DNA of 43,041 bases from a virus (Duplodnaviria; Heunggongvirae; Uroviricota; Caudoviricetes): positions 1 through 43,041 of IMG/VR virus record IMGVR_UViG_2744054964_000002; one strand, given 5' to 3'. The position numbers and the translations under genes were made by a program. Of the stretch, positions 8,047-16,677 are shown piece after piece. Within the stretch, counting starts at the first letter, position 1, and each line of letters starts with the position of its first letter. The notes beneath the pieces are model-generated. The model was not told the origin of the DNA and ran no database searches. It saw only the letters and a list, made by a program, of their open reading frames with translations.

Positions 8047-8472
8047 TCAGACTTTCCATTCTTTTGATAAGTAGAAATAACACTCTGAATCGTGAACTAA
8101 TCTACTTTTATCTTTATCATCAATGACATGAAGTGACAGTGTTACCTTGTAAACACCCTCTTCTTTAACAAGGATGTTCATCAGAGACATATTTTCAATG
8201 CTTACTGACTCACTTCCAGAGGTCGTGCCAGCCACAATAGGGTCTGATTGCAATGACTGACCACTACCGAAATCAATTCTCTGGTCGCCAAAAAATAGGT
8301 CTACATCAACACGATAGTTAACTTTAGTTTTAATAATTAGCCCAAAGGAAACGTCAATGCTGATTTTCCCTGAGTGCTCATCTGGCTTTATCCATGGCTG
8401 TGGATAATTTAAGGAGCGCGATATTTTACCGGGAAATATCTGGGATACATATAAAAATGAAATCTTTTCCAT
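8047..8472 (-). CDS. Hypothetical protein (141 aa); cassette gene A
   Basis: ORF with GAGGA RBS 6 nt upstream of the ATG, 72 bp downstream of the cI stop; AT-rich codon usage by eye; no recognised domain. Confidence 0.6.
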   Translation of the reverse strand: MEKISFLYVSQIFPGKISRSLNYPQPWIKPDEHSGKISIDVSFGLIIKTKVNYRVDVDLFFGDQRIDFGSGQSLQSDPIVAGTTSGSESVSIENMSLMNILVKEEGVYKVTLSLHVIDDKDKSRLVHDSECYFYLSKEWKV

Positions 8473-8544
8473 CGCTTATCCTCGTTAGCAAGCTATTTGT
8501 TACCAGATCTTCCCATGATCACTAACCCATCAGCATCTTCGTCT

Positions 8545-9321
8545 CTACAGCAGCACCGAGTACCAGAAGAGACGGCCAATTATCTCGACATCATCAATAT
8601 CAGCCTCTTCGTCTGGGTAGGAGTCGTTGTTGTAACTGCGGATGATCAGCTTCCCACCTGGCTTACGATACAGTTGTTTAATGCGCTTGAGTTGACCATT
8701 CCCGCCATCTGTCTGACCAATGGCATACAGTTTCCCATCAACTATGCGTTTGTTGTTCGTATCGACGGCTACAGTCGTACCATCCGGTATCACAGGTTCC
8801 ATGCTGTCGCCAGTAGCAGGGAAACACAGGATGCCAGACCCATCTGTGTTAGCTCCAACGCGGCGGAGGGTTGCCTTTGAGAACCTGAGCTTAAAACCAT
8901 TGTGATCTTCGCTGTGTACGCGTCCATCGCCACACGCAAATTCAATATCCTTAAGAAACGGCACTTCAACCTCGTCAGCAGGAAGCGGTGTGTTTTTATC
9001 CCAGGCGTCAACAGTTCCCCATTCAGATTCTGGAGGGATAGATGACTCCCTACGCAGTTCAGGTTCGGGATCATTCCTTCCGTATTCAAGCCACTCAGGC
9101 CGTACCCCAAGCCAGCGGCTAAGGGCAAGGATATTGGTTTGGTCTGGTATCGCTGATGCGTTAAGCCATTTCCAGATCCCGGGCTCAGATACAGTAATTC
9201 CTTGGGACTTCATAGCCTCTCTGATCCTACCAGCCTGCCCACGACCACCAACGCCAGCATCAAGCAATGCAGCGCGAAGTCTTTTCGAGAATTCTTCTTT
9301 TAAATCGTCTTTTTTAACCAT
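8545..9321 (-). CDS. cI: CI-like prophage repressor (N-terminal HTH, C-terminal LexA/S24-type autocleavage domain)
   Basis: 258-aa ORF; C-terminal domain contains the S24 serine motif (ATGDSMEP) and downstream lysine (KRIVDGKLYAIG); divergent from a cro-like gene across an operator-bearing intergenic region. Confidence 0.9.
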   Translation of the reverse strand: MVKKDDLKEEFSKRLRAALLDAGVGGRGQAGRIREAMKSQGITVSEPGIWKWLNASAIPDQTNILALSRWLGVRPEWLEYGRNDPEPELRRESSIPPESEWGTVDAWDKNTPLPADEVEVPFLKDIEFACGDGRVHSEDHNGFKLRFSKATLRRVGANTDGSGILCFPATGDSMEPVIPDGTTVAVDTNNKRIVDGKLYAIGQTDGGNGQLKRIKQLYRKPGGKLIIRSYNNDSYPDEEADIDDVEIIGRLFWYSVLL

Positions 9322-9405
9322 TCGTTAATTATCAATTAGAGTTGACATAACTGTCAGTTAAGATATAACCTTAACTCGTAGTTAATATAGTTAACGGAAA
9401 ACACT
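9322..9405. promoter_or_regulatory. OR-like operator/promoter region between cI and cro
   Basis: Palindromic TTAACT/AGTTAA half-site pairs (TAACTGTCAGTTA at 9348-9360; TTAACTCGTAGTTAA at 9371-9385; GTTAAC at 9391-9396) overlapping a strong rightward promoter: -35 TTGACA (9342-9347), 16-nt spacer, -10 TATAAC (9364-9369). Confidence 0.65.
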
Positions 9406-9651
9406 ATGAACCCAATGCAATTTGCAATCGAAGCTGTAGGCGGTCAAACCGCTGCTGCTCGCCTGTGTGGCCTATCGAACGTTGCTATTCACAAGTGGGT
9501 GAAGAACGCGGCGCTGCCTCGTACTGAGTACACAGAGAAAACCAACTATTCGCAGCTTTTGGCTGACGCATCAAATGGGCAGTTTACGGCTGAATGGCTC
9601 CGTCAAGCAGCTAACCCTGACCGAATTAAACAAGATTCACATGCCGCCTGA
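9406..9651 (+). CDS. cro: Cro-like HTH regulator
   Basis: 81-aa ORF, first rightward gene after the operators; HTH-like segment TAAARLCGLSNVAIHKWVKNAALP. Confidence 0.7.
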   Translation: MNPMQFAIEAVGGQTAAARLCGLSNVAIHKWVKNAALPRTEYTEKTNYSQLLADASNGQFTAEWLRQAANPDRIKQDSHAA

Positions 9652-9691
9652 CCGGCGGCAATAACCAATTAAATCAGAGGAAGTATCGCAA

Positions 9692-9913
9692 ATGGAAACC
9701 TTAACGACACGCAACAAAGCGGAGGCGCGACGAATTGAGAGCTGGGTGCAGCGGCAAATCGCAGATCTTGGGACAACCAGGATCGCCGAAGTAGCTGGCG
9801 TCAACAAATCAACCGTAAGCCGGTGGCGGGAGAGCCTGGTGCCGAACATGTCGCTGCTGCTGGCCATCCTGATTTCGAACAGGGATGGAGCGAAGGGAGA
9901 TTTTGAAGCATGA
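9692..9913 (+). CDS. cII: CII-like transcriptional activator
   Basis: 73-aa ORF; RRIESWVQRQIADLGTTRIAEVAGVNKSTVSRWRESLVPNMSLLLAIL closely parallels lambda CII (as recalled: ALRIESALLNKIAMLGTEKTAEAVGVDKSQISRWKRDWIPKFSMLLAVL). Confidence 0.7.
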   Translation: METLTTRNKAEARRIESWVQRQIADLGTTRIAEVAGVNKSTVSRWRESLVPNMSLLLAILISNRDGAKGDFEA

Positions 9914-10140
9914 ACGTAGAAAGGGCGAAAGCCGCGGTGCTGGAACACCAACGGCTTTCAGGTGCAAAAACGACAGTAGTTGCAGGAGGAATAATGGCAA
10001 AAAATCCACGCTATTACCATACCGCTGTACATAAAAACATAACCCGCGACCGCTTCATCCGCTCGGTTAATCCGATTGTGGCAGAGAAGATGCGCGCCAT
10101 CCTGGAAGAACTGAAACGTAAGGAGAGTGGCCGTGGGTAA
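9910..10140 (+). CDS. Hypothetical protein (76 aa)
   Basis: ORF between the cII-like gene and the replication initiator; basic; no recognised motif. Confidence 0.45.
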   Translation: MNVERAKAAVLEHQRLSGAKTTVVAGGIMAKNPRYYHTAVHKNITRDRFIRSVNPIVAEKMRAILEELKRKESGRG

Positions 10141-11032
10141 CGTATCCAATTTAGCCGAAGCCAGAGAGGCCAGAAGGCTCCAGAAACCGCGCACGAATGA
10201 CGGTAAGGGGTTTGCCTTGCTGCACCGTAAAATTATGGATGTGCCGTTCTACAAGGACGCTGAGGCGGCTCATTTATGGGTTCACCTGCTCCTGCGCGCT
10301 AATCATGAACAGACACTGGTATCGACTGATGTCGGCGATGTGATCTGCGAGCGCGGAGAGTTCATTACCGGGCGAAACACGCTGGCAATGGAAACGGGTT
10401 TGACCGCTGATCGCGTTAAATCACTGCTCCGTAAATTCCAGAACCTGGGCATGATCACCACCAAATCGAACAACCGTTTTACTGTTCTAAAAGTGGTCAA
10501 ATATGACGAATATCAGTCAAATTTTTGTCCAGCCGATGTCCAGCCGGTGTCCAGCGCAAACGCAGTTATATCAATGCCTGTGGAGGTGGAGTGTCCAGCC
10601 GATGTCCAGCCAGTGTCCACAGATAACAATATATTAAATAACTTACTACCTAACGGTAGTAAGTATGTCGCAAATGACCAGAAACCCGCTGAAGAGAAAA
10701 AGTCTCGTTTGTCATGCGATGAAGTGTGGCAATGCCTGAAAGACGAACTGCCTGAAGCCCGGGGATGGAGATGCCTCACTGATGAGCGACGCAATCTGAT
10801 CCGCACATTCTGGGGTAAGGCTAACAAAATTGCCCGCAACCTGGACGGCAAGCCGATGGACATGGACGGTTTCAGAAGTTATCTGCGTTACATCGCTCAG
10901 AACTGCCGCTGGATGCTTGAAGACCGACCAGACCAGAAATCCGGGAAGACCTGGCGCCGCATGAAATTCGATAAGTTCCTGACCGAAAAGCTCTACATCG
11001 AAGTGCGCGAGGGGGATCGTGATGACCGCTGA
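10127..11032 (+). CDS. Replication initiator, lambda O-like (origin-binding), with the origin inside the gene
   Basis: 301-aa ORF (GTG start at 10127 or 10133 after AGGAGA); N-terminal region FALLHRKIMDVPFYKD...ERGEFITGRNTLAMETGL resembles phage replication protein O N-domain; contains the iteron array; followed with overlap by a DnaB-type helicase gene. Confidence 0.7.
   Translation: MAVGNVSNLAEAREARRLQKPRTNDGKGFALLHRKIMDVPFYKDAEAAHLWVHLLLRANHEQTLVSTDVGDVICERGEFITGRNTLAMETGLTADRVKSLLRKFQNLGMITTKSNNRFTVLKVVKYDEYQSNFCPADVQPVSSANAVISMPVEVECPADVQPVSTDNNILNNLLPNGSKYVANDQKPAEEKKSRLSCDEVWQCLKDELPEARGWRCLTDERRNLIRTFWGKANKIARNLDGKPMDMDGFRSYLRYIAQNCRWMLEDRPDQKSGKTWRRMKFDKFLTEKLYIEVREGDRDDR
10526..10664 (+). 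repeat. Candidate origin of replication: two clusters of three 11-bp-phased TGTCCAGCC iterons, AT-rich tract and 10-bp inverted repeat
   Basis: TGTCCAGCCG at 10526, 10537, 10548 and again at 10593, 10604, 10615 (11-bp period), then AT-rich ATAACAATATATTAAATA and perfect inverted repeat ACTTACTACC-TAAC-GGTAGTAAGT (10641-10664). Confidence 0.65.
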
Positions 11033-12455
11033 TTTCATGGCTGTACCACAAAACCTCGAAGCAGAGCAGAGCGTTATCGGTGGCCTGCTGCTGGATGATG
11101 ACAACAGCGAGCGAGTCCAGAAGGTTCTGGCGATGCTCAAGCCTGAGTCGTTCTACAGCCGACCTCACCAGCTGATCTTTGCAGAGATGCGCCAGATGTT
11201 CCGCGACAACAAGCCAGTCGATGGTCTGACATTGTTCGACGCGCTTGAAGGCAAAGGGCTCGCGGAGCAGGTAGGTGGCTTTGCTTACCTGGCGGAGATA
11301 GCCAAGAACACTCCCAGCGCTGCAAACATCGTAGCTTACGCAGCATCAGTCCGGGAAGCCGCAATGGAGCGCTACGGTATCAACCGCCTGACCGAAGCTA
11401 CTGAACTGCTGTATTCCCGCAACGGCATGAGCGCTACGCAGAAGTACGAGGCCATTCAGGGTATTTTCACCCAGCTCGCAGACCATTCAAAAACCGGAAG
11501 TCGTCGTGGGTTGCGGTCTTTCGGCGAGGTTATGGATGACTGGGTAGCGGATCTGGAGAAACGGTTTGACCCTTCAGGCGAACAGCGCGGCATGAGTACC
11601 GGTATCCCGTCACTAGACCGGCTGCTGGCGCCGAAAGGTCTGGTTAAAGGCTCTCTGTTCGTGATTGGCGCAAGGCCAAAGATGGGCAAGACAACGCTGT
11701 ACGGGCAGATGGCGATCAACTGCGCGGTTCGTGAGAAAAAGCCAGCGCTGATGTTCAGCCTCGAAATGCCTGGCGACCAGATCCTTGAAAAGCTGGTTGG
11801 TCAGAAGTCCGGCATTAACCCGAGCATTTTTTACATGCCCGCCACGGATGACGCCGATGACCAGTACCAGGGCGACTACGACGGCGACTTTAAGAAGGCG
11901 ATAGCAACAGCCGGGCGGCTGAGTGAAATCGACATGCTGTACATCGACGACACCCCGGGCCTGTCACTGGCGCACATTGTTAGCGAAAGCCGCCGAATCA
12001 AACGCGAGAAGGGCTGCGTAGGCATGATTTTGGTTGACTACCTGACGCTGATGACCGCCGAAAAGGCCGACCGTAATGACCTGGCCTACGGGATGATCAC
12101 CAAAGGGTTGAAGAACCTCGCCAAAGAGCTTGGCTGCGTCGTCGTGCTGCTGACCCAGCTCAACCGCGAACTGGAGAAGCGAGTGAATAAACGCCCGTTG
12201 CCGAGTGATTCCCGCGACACAGGACAGATTGAGCAGGACTGCGACTACTGGGTTGGTATCCACCGGGAAGGTGCTTTCGATGACAGCGTGCCGCCGGGCG
12301 AAACCGAGTTAATCCTGCGACTCAACCGCCACGGCAGTACCGGCACGGTGTATTGCAATCAGATTAACGGGGCAATTTACGACACAGACCAGCAGGCCGC
12401 CGCCGCAGAACGCCGCGGGCGCGAGCAGCAGCCGAAAAAGAAAGGGGGCTTCTGA
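11019..12455 (+). CDS. Replicative DNA helicase, DnaB family
   Basis: 478-aa ORF; N-terminal EAEQSVIGGLLLD (DnaB N-domain), Walker A GARPKMGKTT, downstream DnaB-like motifs (MFSLEM, ILVDYLTLM, VLLTQLNR). Confidence 0.9.
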   Translation: MMTADFMAVPQNLEAEQSVIGGLLLDDDNSERVQKVLAMLKPESFYSRPHQLIFAEMRQMFRDNKPVDGLTLFDALEGKGLAEQVGGFAYLAEIAKNTPSAANIVAYAASVREAAMERYGINRLTEATELLYSRNGMSATQKYEAIQGIFTQLADHSKTGSRRGLRSFGEVMDDWVADLEKRFDPSGEQRGMSTGIPSLDRLLAPKGLVKGSLFVIGARPKMGKTTLYGQMAINCAVREKKPALMFSLEMPGDQILEKLVGQKSGINPSIFYMPATDDADDQYQGDYDGDFKKAIATAGRLSEIDMLYIDDTPGLSLAHIVSESRRIKREKGCVGMILVDYLTLMTAEKADRNDLAYGMITKGLKNLAKELGCVVVLLTQLNRELEKRVNKRPLPSDSRDTGQIEQDCDYWVGIHREGAFDDSVPPGETELILRLNRHGSTGTVYCNQINGAIYDTDQQAAAAERRGREQQPKKKGGF

Positions 12456-12754
12456 TGAAAGGCAAACAGGCAATTCTGCGTTATCTCGAAACGCATCGGA
12501 CCTTCACCGCGAAGGATGTGGCCACAGAGTGCGGCATGACCATCAACTGCATCACGAAGAACGCTATCGATCTGGAGCGGGCCCGCAAGATTGTCCGGGT
12601 GAGCAAGGTCTGGCGAACGGTGACTTATCGCCTGGCGACGCCGGAAGAGCAGGACGGCACCGCGCGCAGCTGCACCAACGGAATATTTCAGGAGTGCCGC
12701 AACAGCCCGGCGATGAAACGAATTTTGATGGTTTGGGGGAGGGTAGGGGTATGA
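12455..12754 (+). CDS. Hypothetical protein (99 aa)
   Basis: ORF start overlaps the helicase stop (TGATG); no recognised motif. Confidence 0.5.
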   Translation: MKGKQAILRYLETHRTFTAKDVATECGMTINCITKNAIDLERARKIVRVSKVWRTVTYRLATPEEQDGTARSCTNGIFQECRNSPAMKRILMVWGRVGV

Positions 12755-13170
12755 GCAACAAATACGAAGATCTGATTAAAAATGCCAGGGTGAATGCCGA
12801 ATGTGGTGAGCACATGTCGCCTGAAGAGGTTACGACTTTGCTTAACGTGGTTGAAACCACATTCGCGGCGCTGGCTGCGGAGAATGAGTGGCTGAAGGAG
12901 TGGAGCCCTAATCCGCATAGCGCCTCGATTTTTGAGGCTATCGAGAAAGCCGAAGCGCTCATGGATGACGGAATGCCAGAACTGGCGATGATCAAGGCGT
13001 TCGAAATTCTCAAGATGAAGCGAACCCCGGCCACCGACGATTTCCTGGCTGAAGTGCGGGCTCAGGGTGTGGAGATGTTGGCGGAACATTTATCCGGAAT
13101 GAATATCAGCGCCAGCGAAAACAGCGTTCGCGAGTTCGCCACTCAGCTTCGCGAAGGAGTGCAGTCATGA
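12751..13170 (+). CDS. Hypothetical protein (139 aa)
   Basis: Internal ATG at 12751 of track ORF 12529-13170, preceded by GGGGTAGGGG and overlapping the upstream stop (ATGA); the upstream part of the track ORF is an out-of-frame overlap with the previous gene. Confidence 0.5.
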   Translation: MSNKYEDLIKNARVNAECGEHMSPEEVTTLLNVVETTFAALAAENEWLKEWSPNPHSASIFEAIEKAEALMDDGMPELAMIKAFEILKMKRTPATDDFLAEVRAQGVEMLAEHLSGMNISASENSVREFATQLREGVQS

Positions 13171-13427
13171 GCATTCTGGACATTCTAAACACTGGTCTCG
13201 CTCTGATGGGGTGGTTATTCATCATGTTCAAAACGGGCCAGTGGTTTATCTCCATTGCGCTAAAACAGTGGGATACGCGTAGAAAGCTATCTCGTAGACA
13301 GAAGGCAGTAAACGAATTTTACGATGCGTTTGACCTGTCCAGCATCGAACCAGGAACAACGGTGCGCCTGGCGACTAAAGGCGATCTGACAATCATGATG
13401 TATCGCACAGAAGGGGTCGCCCAATGA
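13167..13427 (+). CDS. Hypothetical small membrane protein (86 aa)
   Basis: N-terminal hydrophobic helix (ILNTGLALMGWLFIMF); ATGA overlap with flanking genes. Confidence 0.5.
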   Translation: MSILDILNTGLALMGWLFIMFKTGQWFISIALKQWDTRRKLSRRQKAVNEFYDAFDLSSIEPGTTVRLATKGDLTIMMYRTEGVAQ

Positions 13428-13843
13428 GCAACATCAACAAACAGGAGTTGCGCAGAACATCCGATCGCGACTGGTTTGAGGATTGGTTTAAGCGAGAATT
13501 CCATCCAGATAAGACAGGCCCATATATCAAAGACCAGCTGTTCTTTGCTGTACTGGCTGCAAGAGCGCCGCTGCTGGATGAGCTGGAAGCCGCAGAGAAG
13601 CGGATTGCAGAGCTGGAGGCACGGGAAGTGAAATTGCCTAATCCTCATGCTCACCTCATCTGGATTCAGGCAGGCCATGCCCCTGATGACTATTGGGATG
13701 ATGTTGCCGTTTCTCATAGCGAAAAGGATAAGTGCTGCGACGGTTCAGATCGCTATCCGGTTTATACTCTCTGGGAAATCAAAGAGGCACTATCTGCTAT
13801 TGGCATCAACATCGCCGCAGCCGGTAAAGGAGAGGACTCATGA
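13424..13843 (+). CDS. Hypothetical protein (139 aa)
   Basis: ORF with ATGA coupling on both sides; no recognised motif. Confidence 0.5.
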   Translation: MSNINKQELRRTSDRDWFEDWFKREFHPDKTGPYIKDQLFFAVLAARAPLLDELEAAEKRIAELEAREVKLPNPHAHLIWIQAGHAPDDYWDDVAVSHSEKDKCCDGSDRYPVYTLWEIKEALSAIGINIAAAGKGEDS

Positions 13844-14598
13844 GCACTATTGCCCGAGAATTCACCAAAGAGCAGTTACAGCAAATTATCGAAACTGACC
13901 ACGTTCAATGCGGTGAGGCTTCGGCGCTGGCGCGTATCGCGCTGGCATCGCTCGAAGCGGAGCCTGTGGCGTGGCTACTGTCAGGAGGCGGCGCAAAAAA
14001 CAACGTCAGCTTCGATAGTGGCAATGCTTATGCCGACCCGCTGCGAGAAGTAACGCCGCTTTACACCGCCCCTCCAGCGCCGGTATCTGTGCCTGATGAG
14101 ATGGAAATGGATGATGACTTTGACAGCGCGTTTGAGCATGGAAAAGCAGTCGGCTGGAACGCCTGCCGCGCCGCCATGCTTCAGGGTGCCGAACCTGTAA
14201 ACCAGAACGATGAGTTACCGCTGGACTATCTGCAAGGCCACAAAGACGGGCTGGAGTGGTCGGCACAACTGGCAGAAGCCAATCATCCGCAAACAGGTGA
14301 CTGGTTGTACGATGACCCAATCGAGCTTGCTAGGGCGATTCGCAAAGGTCCGGATATGCCTACAGCTCAGGATGGCAACTCTCCGGTAACTCCAGATGGT
14401 TGGATTCCGGTAAGCGAGCGGATGCCAAATGATAAAGACTTTGTATGGTGTTGGGGATATGTCTCTGGGTGGACGGAATCAGATGGCTTTGAAGCTTACT
14501 ACGACGCAACTAGAAACAAATGGTGGACCATAGATGACGAAACGGTTCGAAAGGTAACACACTGGATGCCACTTCCAGCAGCACCTCTGTGGGAATGA
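13840..14598 (+). CDS. Hypothetical protein with C-terminal DUF551-like domain
   Basis: 252-aa ORF; C-terminal GWIPVSERMPNDKDFVWCWGY...WWTIDDETVRKVTHWMPLPAAP matches the Trp-rich DUF551 pattern common in lambdoid nin regions. Confidence 0.55.
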   Translation: MSTIAREFTKEQLQQIIETDHVQCGEASALARIALASLEAEPVAWLLSGGGAKNNVSFDSGNAYADPLREVTPLYTAPPAPVSVPDEMEMDDDFDSAFEHGKAVGWNACRAAMLQGAEPVNQNDELPLDYLQGHKDGLEWSAQLAEANHPQTGDWLYDDPIELARAIRKGPDMPTAQDGNSPVTPDGWIPVSERMPNDKDFVWCWGYVSGWTESDGFEAYYDATRNKWWTIDDETVRKVTHWMPLPAAPLWE

Positions 14599-14659
14599 TG
14601 TATAATCCATCTCAATTTATTTAGAGAATTTACTATCACGTATAATGGGAATCGAGTAA

Positions 14660-14944
14660 ATGAGATGGATTTTAGCAATGGCGTTAGTTATGCCAATTTC
14701 AACTTCAATTGCAAAAAACAATGACTCATTTGATTACAAAAGAAAAACAGAGTCAGTTTGCTTTGACCCATCCAATAAAGAAAAGCAAGATTTATGTGAA
14801 AAAATAGTTAAGTCAATGCTGTTGAATGCCGCCTTTGCTGGTTACTCAGAGGCGGCATGTACTGCTAAAATTGTAAAAGATAAACAACGGTGTAAAGCAA
14901 CAGAAGAAGAATACCAAGAATTAATTAGATTCAGCATGCCATAA
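14660..14944 (+). CDS. Small secreted Cys-containing protein (94 aa), AT-rich moron
   Basis: N-terminal signal-peptide-like MRWILAMALVMPISTSIA; four Cys; low GC by eye; two TATAAT hexamers upstream (14605-14610, 14641-14646). Confidence 0.5.
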   Translation: MRWILAMALVMPISTSIAKNNDSFDYKRKTESVCFDPSNKEKQDLCEKIVKSMLLNAAFAGYSEAACTAKIVKDKQRCKATEEEYQELIRFSMP

Positions 14945-15122
14945 ATTGATTTTCCAGAATCAACCCTCCATAATCATGTCATCGGAGCCTGAACAACTCC
15001 GGTGACTTCTGCGCATTTAAGGGGACTTAAATGCGACCACAATCTGAACTCCTCACCTTGTCACAGATGCAGAAATGCACCTGCGATTTTCTGCATTCTG
15101 CGTTACCTCTCGGAGGTGGCGT

Positions 15123-15572
15123 ATGAAGCAGCACTACTGCATCGTTAACGACACCGTTAAAGACAACCTCATCGCGTACATTCGCACCCTACCGGTAAAC
15201 CCTCGTGCGCCAATGGTGGTCGAGGCTCGGGAAGAGACCCGCACCGACAAGCAAAATCGTTTGATGTGGCCGCTGCTGAAAGACCTGTCTGACCAGGTTG
15301 TCTGGCACGGCGAGAAGTTGACCCGCGAAGAGTGGAAGGACCTCATCACCGTTCTGGTGAATCAGACCCAGGACCAGGAACAGAAATCCGCGCCGGGCAT
15401 CAACGGCGGCCGCGTTTATTTCGGCGTCCGCACATCCAAATCCAGCAAGCGTTACATGGTCGATGTGATCGAGGCGATTTACTGGTTCGGTACCGACCGC
15501 GGCGTGAAGTTCTCCGAAGCATCCAATAAGCGCATCGCCTGGGCGCAAGAGTGGAGGACTTCCCGTGGGTAA
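15123..15572 (+). CDS. ninB: NinB (Orf-family recombination mediator)
   Basis: Internal ATG at 15123 after GGAGGTGG RBS; DKQNRLMWPLLKDLSDQVVWHGEKLTREEWKDLI...GVKFSEASNKRIAWAQEWR aligns by eye with lambda NinB. Confidence 0.85.
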   Translation: MKQHYCIVNDTVKDNLIAYIRTLPVNPRAPMVVEAREETRTDKQNRLMWPLLKDLSDQVVWHGEKLTREEWKDLITVLVNQTQDQEQKSAPGINGGRVYFGVRTSKSSKRYMVDVIEAIYWFGTDRGVKFSEASNKRIAWAQEWRTSRG

Positions 15573-15735
15573 TCCTCTCGCACGCGTCATCACAAACGAA
15601 ATCTTTCGCGTTCCGGCGCGCCGCCAGCGTAAGCCCGCGGTTAAGCCGTCCGACATCCCGACTTTCAAGGACTACACCGCCAGTCTGGTGGATCAGAAAT
15701 GGCTGCGCCTCGCAGCGAGGAGAAAATCCGCATGA
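15565..15735 (+). CDS. NinE-like small protein (56 aa), not in ORF track
   Basis: GTG start after GGAGGA; translation [56 protein letters not shown] resembles lambda NinE as recalled; its stop overlaps the phosphatase ATG. Confidence 0.45.
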   Translation: MGNPLARVITNEIFRVPARRQRKPAVKPSDIPTFKDYTASLVDQKWLRLAARRKSA

Positions 15736-16400
15736 GCATGTATCAACGCATTAATGGCGCTGACTGGCGCCATATCTTCGTCGTCGGGGATCTGCATGGG
15801 TGCTACACGCTGCTGATGAATGAGCTCGAAAAAGTTTCGTTCGACCCTGCGCGTGATTTGCTGATCTCGGTTGGTGACCTTGTTGACCGCGGCGCGGAAA
15901 ACGTCGAGTGCCTGGATCTGATTACTATGTCGTGGTTCAGGGCAGTGCGCGGTAACCATGAGCAGATGATGGTTGATGGGCTTTCAGAGCATGGAAACGT
16001 CAATCACTGGCTGGTAAACGGTGGCGGTTGGTTCTTCAATCTCGACTATGACAAAGAGGTGCTGGCTAAGGCTCTGGTTCACAAGGCAGCTGAGTTACCA
16101 CTCATCATCGAGCTGGTTACCTCCGATCGGAAAATCGTAATTTGCCACGCTGACTACCCGCATAACGAATATGCGTTCGACAAGCCGGTCCCGAAAGACA
16201 TGGTCATCTGGAATCGTGAGCGGGTTAGCGACGCTCAGGGCGGCATTGTCTCGCCGATAGCCGGTGCTGATCTGTTTATCTTCGGCCACACCCCTGCGCG
16301 CCATCCCCTGAAGTATGCCAACCAGATGTACATCGACACAGGAGCGGTGTTTTGCGGAAACCTCACGCTGGTTCAGGTGCAAGGTGGTGACCATGAGTAA
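15732..16400 (+). CDS. Lambda-type Ser/Thr protein phosphatase (NinI-like metallophosphoesterase)
   Basis: 222-aa ORF from ATG 15732; metallophosphatase motifs GDLHGC, GDLVDRG, GNHE; same size and position as lambda PPase. Confidence 0.9.
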   Translation: MSMYQRINGADWRHIFVVGDLHGCYTLLMNELEKVSFDPARDLLISVGDLVDRGAENVECLDLITMSWFRAVRGNHEQMMVDGLSEHGNVNHWLVNGGGWFFNLDYDKEVLAKALVHKAAELPLIIELVTSDRKIVICHADYPHNEYAFDKPVPKDMVIWNRERVSDAQGGIVSPIAGADLFIFGHTPARHPLKYANQMYIDTGAVFCGNLTLVQVQGGDHE

Positions 16401-16677
16401 AACCTACCGCAGCAAGAAGTGGCTCGCCGCAGTCGGCCAGATTGAGCAATGCGTCCTTTGCGGAGCGTGGGGCGTACAGGTAGCACACCGCAATGAAGGT
16501 AAGGGAATTGGCATGAAGACAGACGACTGCGCCACCGCCGCTATCTGTGTCACCTGCCATTCAGAGATTGATAACGGGAAGGGGCTTAGCCGTGACGAGC
16601 GCCGCCAGTTAATGGATCGCGCCATCGTCCTGACCATTATTCAGATTGCCCGTCGTGGCTTGGTGGTGCCTGCATGA
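16393..16677 (+). CDS. DUF1364-like Cys-rich nin-region protein
   Basis: 94-aa ORF from ATG 16393 (ATGA overlap with the phosphatase); [20 protein letters not shown]...[11 protein letters not shown] has the paired-Cys pattern of DUF1364-type phage proteins (from memory). Confidence 0.55.
   Translation: MSKTYRSKKWLAAVGQIEQCVLCGAWGVQVAHRNEGKGIGMKTDDCATAAICVTCHSEIDNGKGLSRDERRQLMDRAIVLTIIQIARRGLVVPA

Noticed and set aside
12529-12750. N-terminal part of track ORF 12529-13170
   Set aside because: Overlaps the 12455-12754 gene in another frame; the internal ATG at 12751 with RBS and stop-start overlap is the more plausible start.
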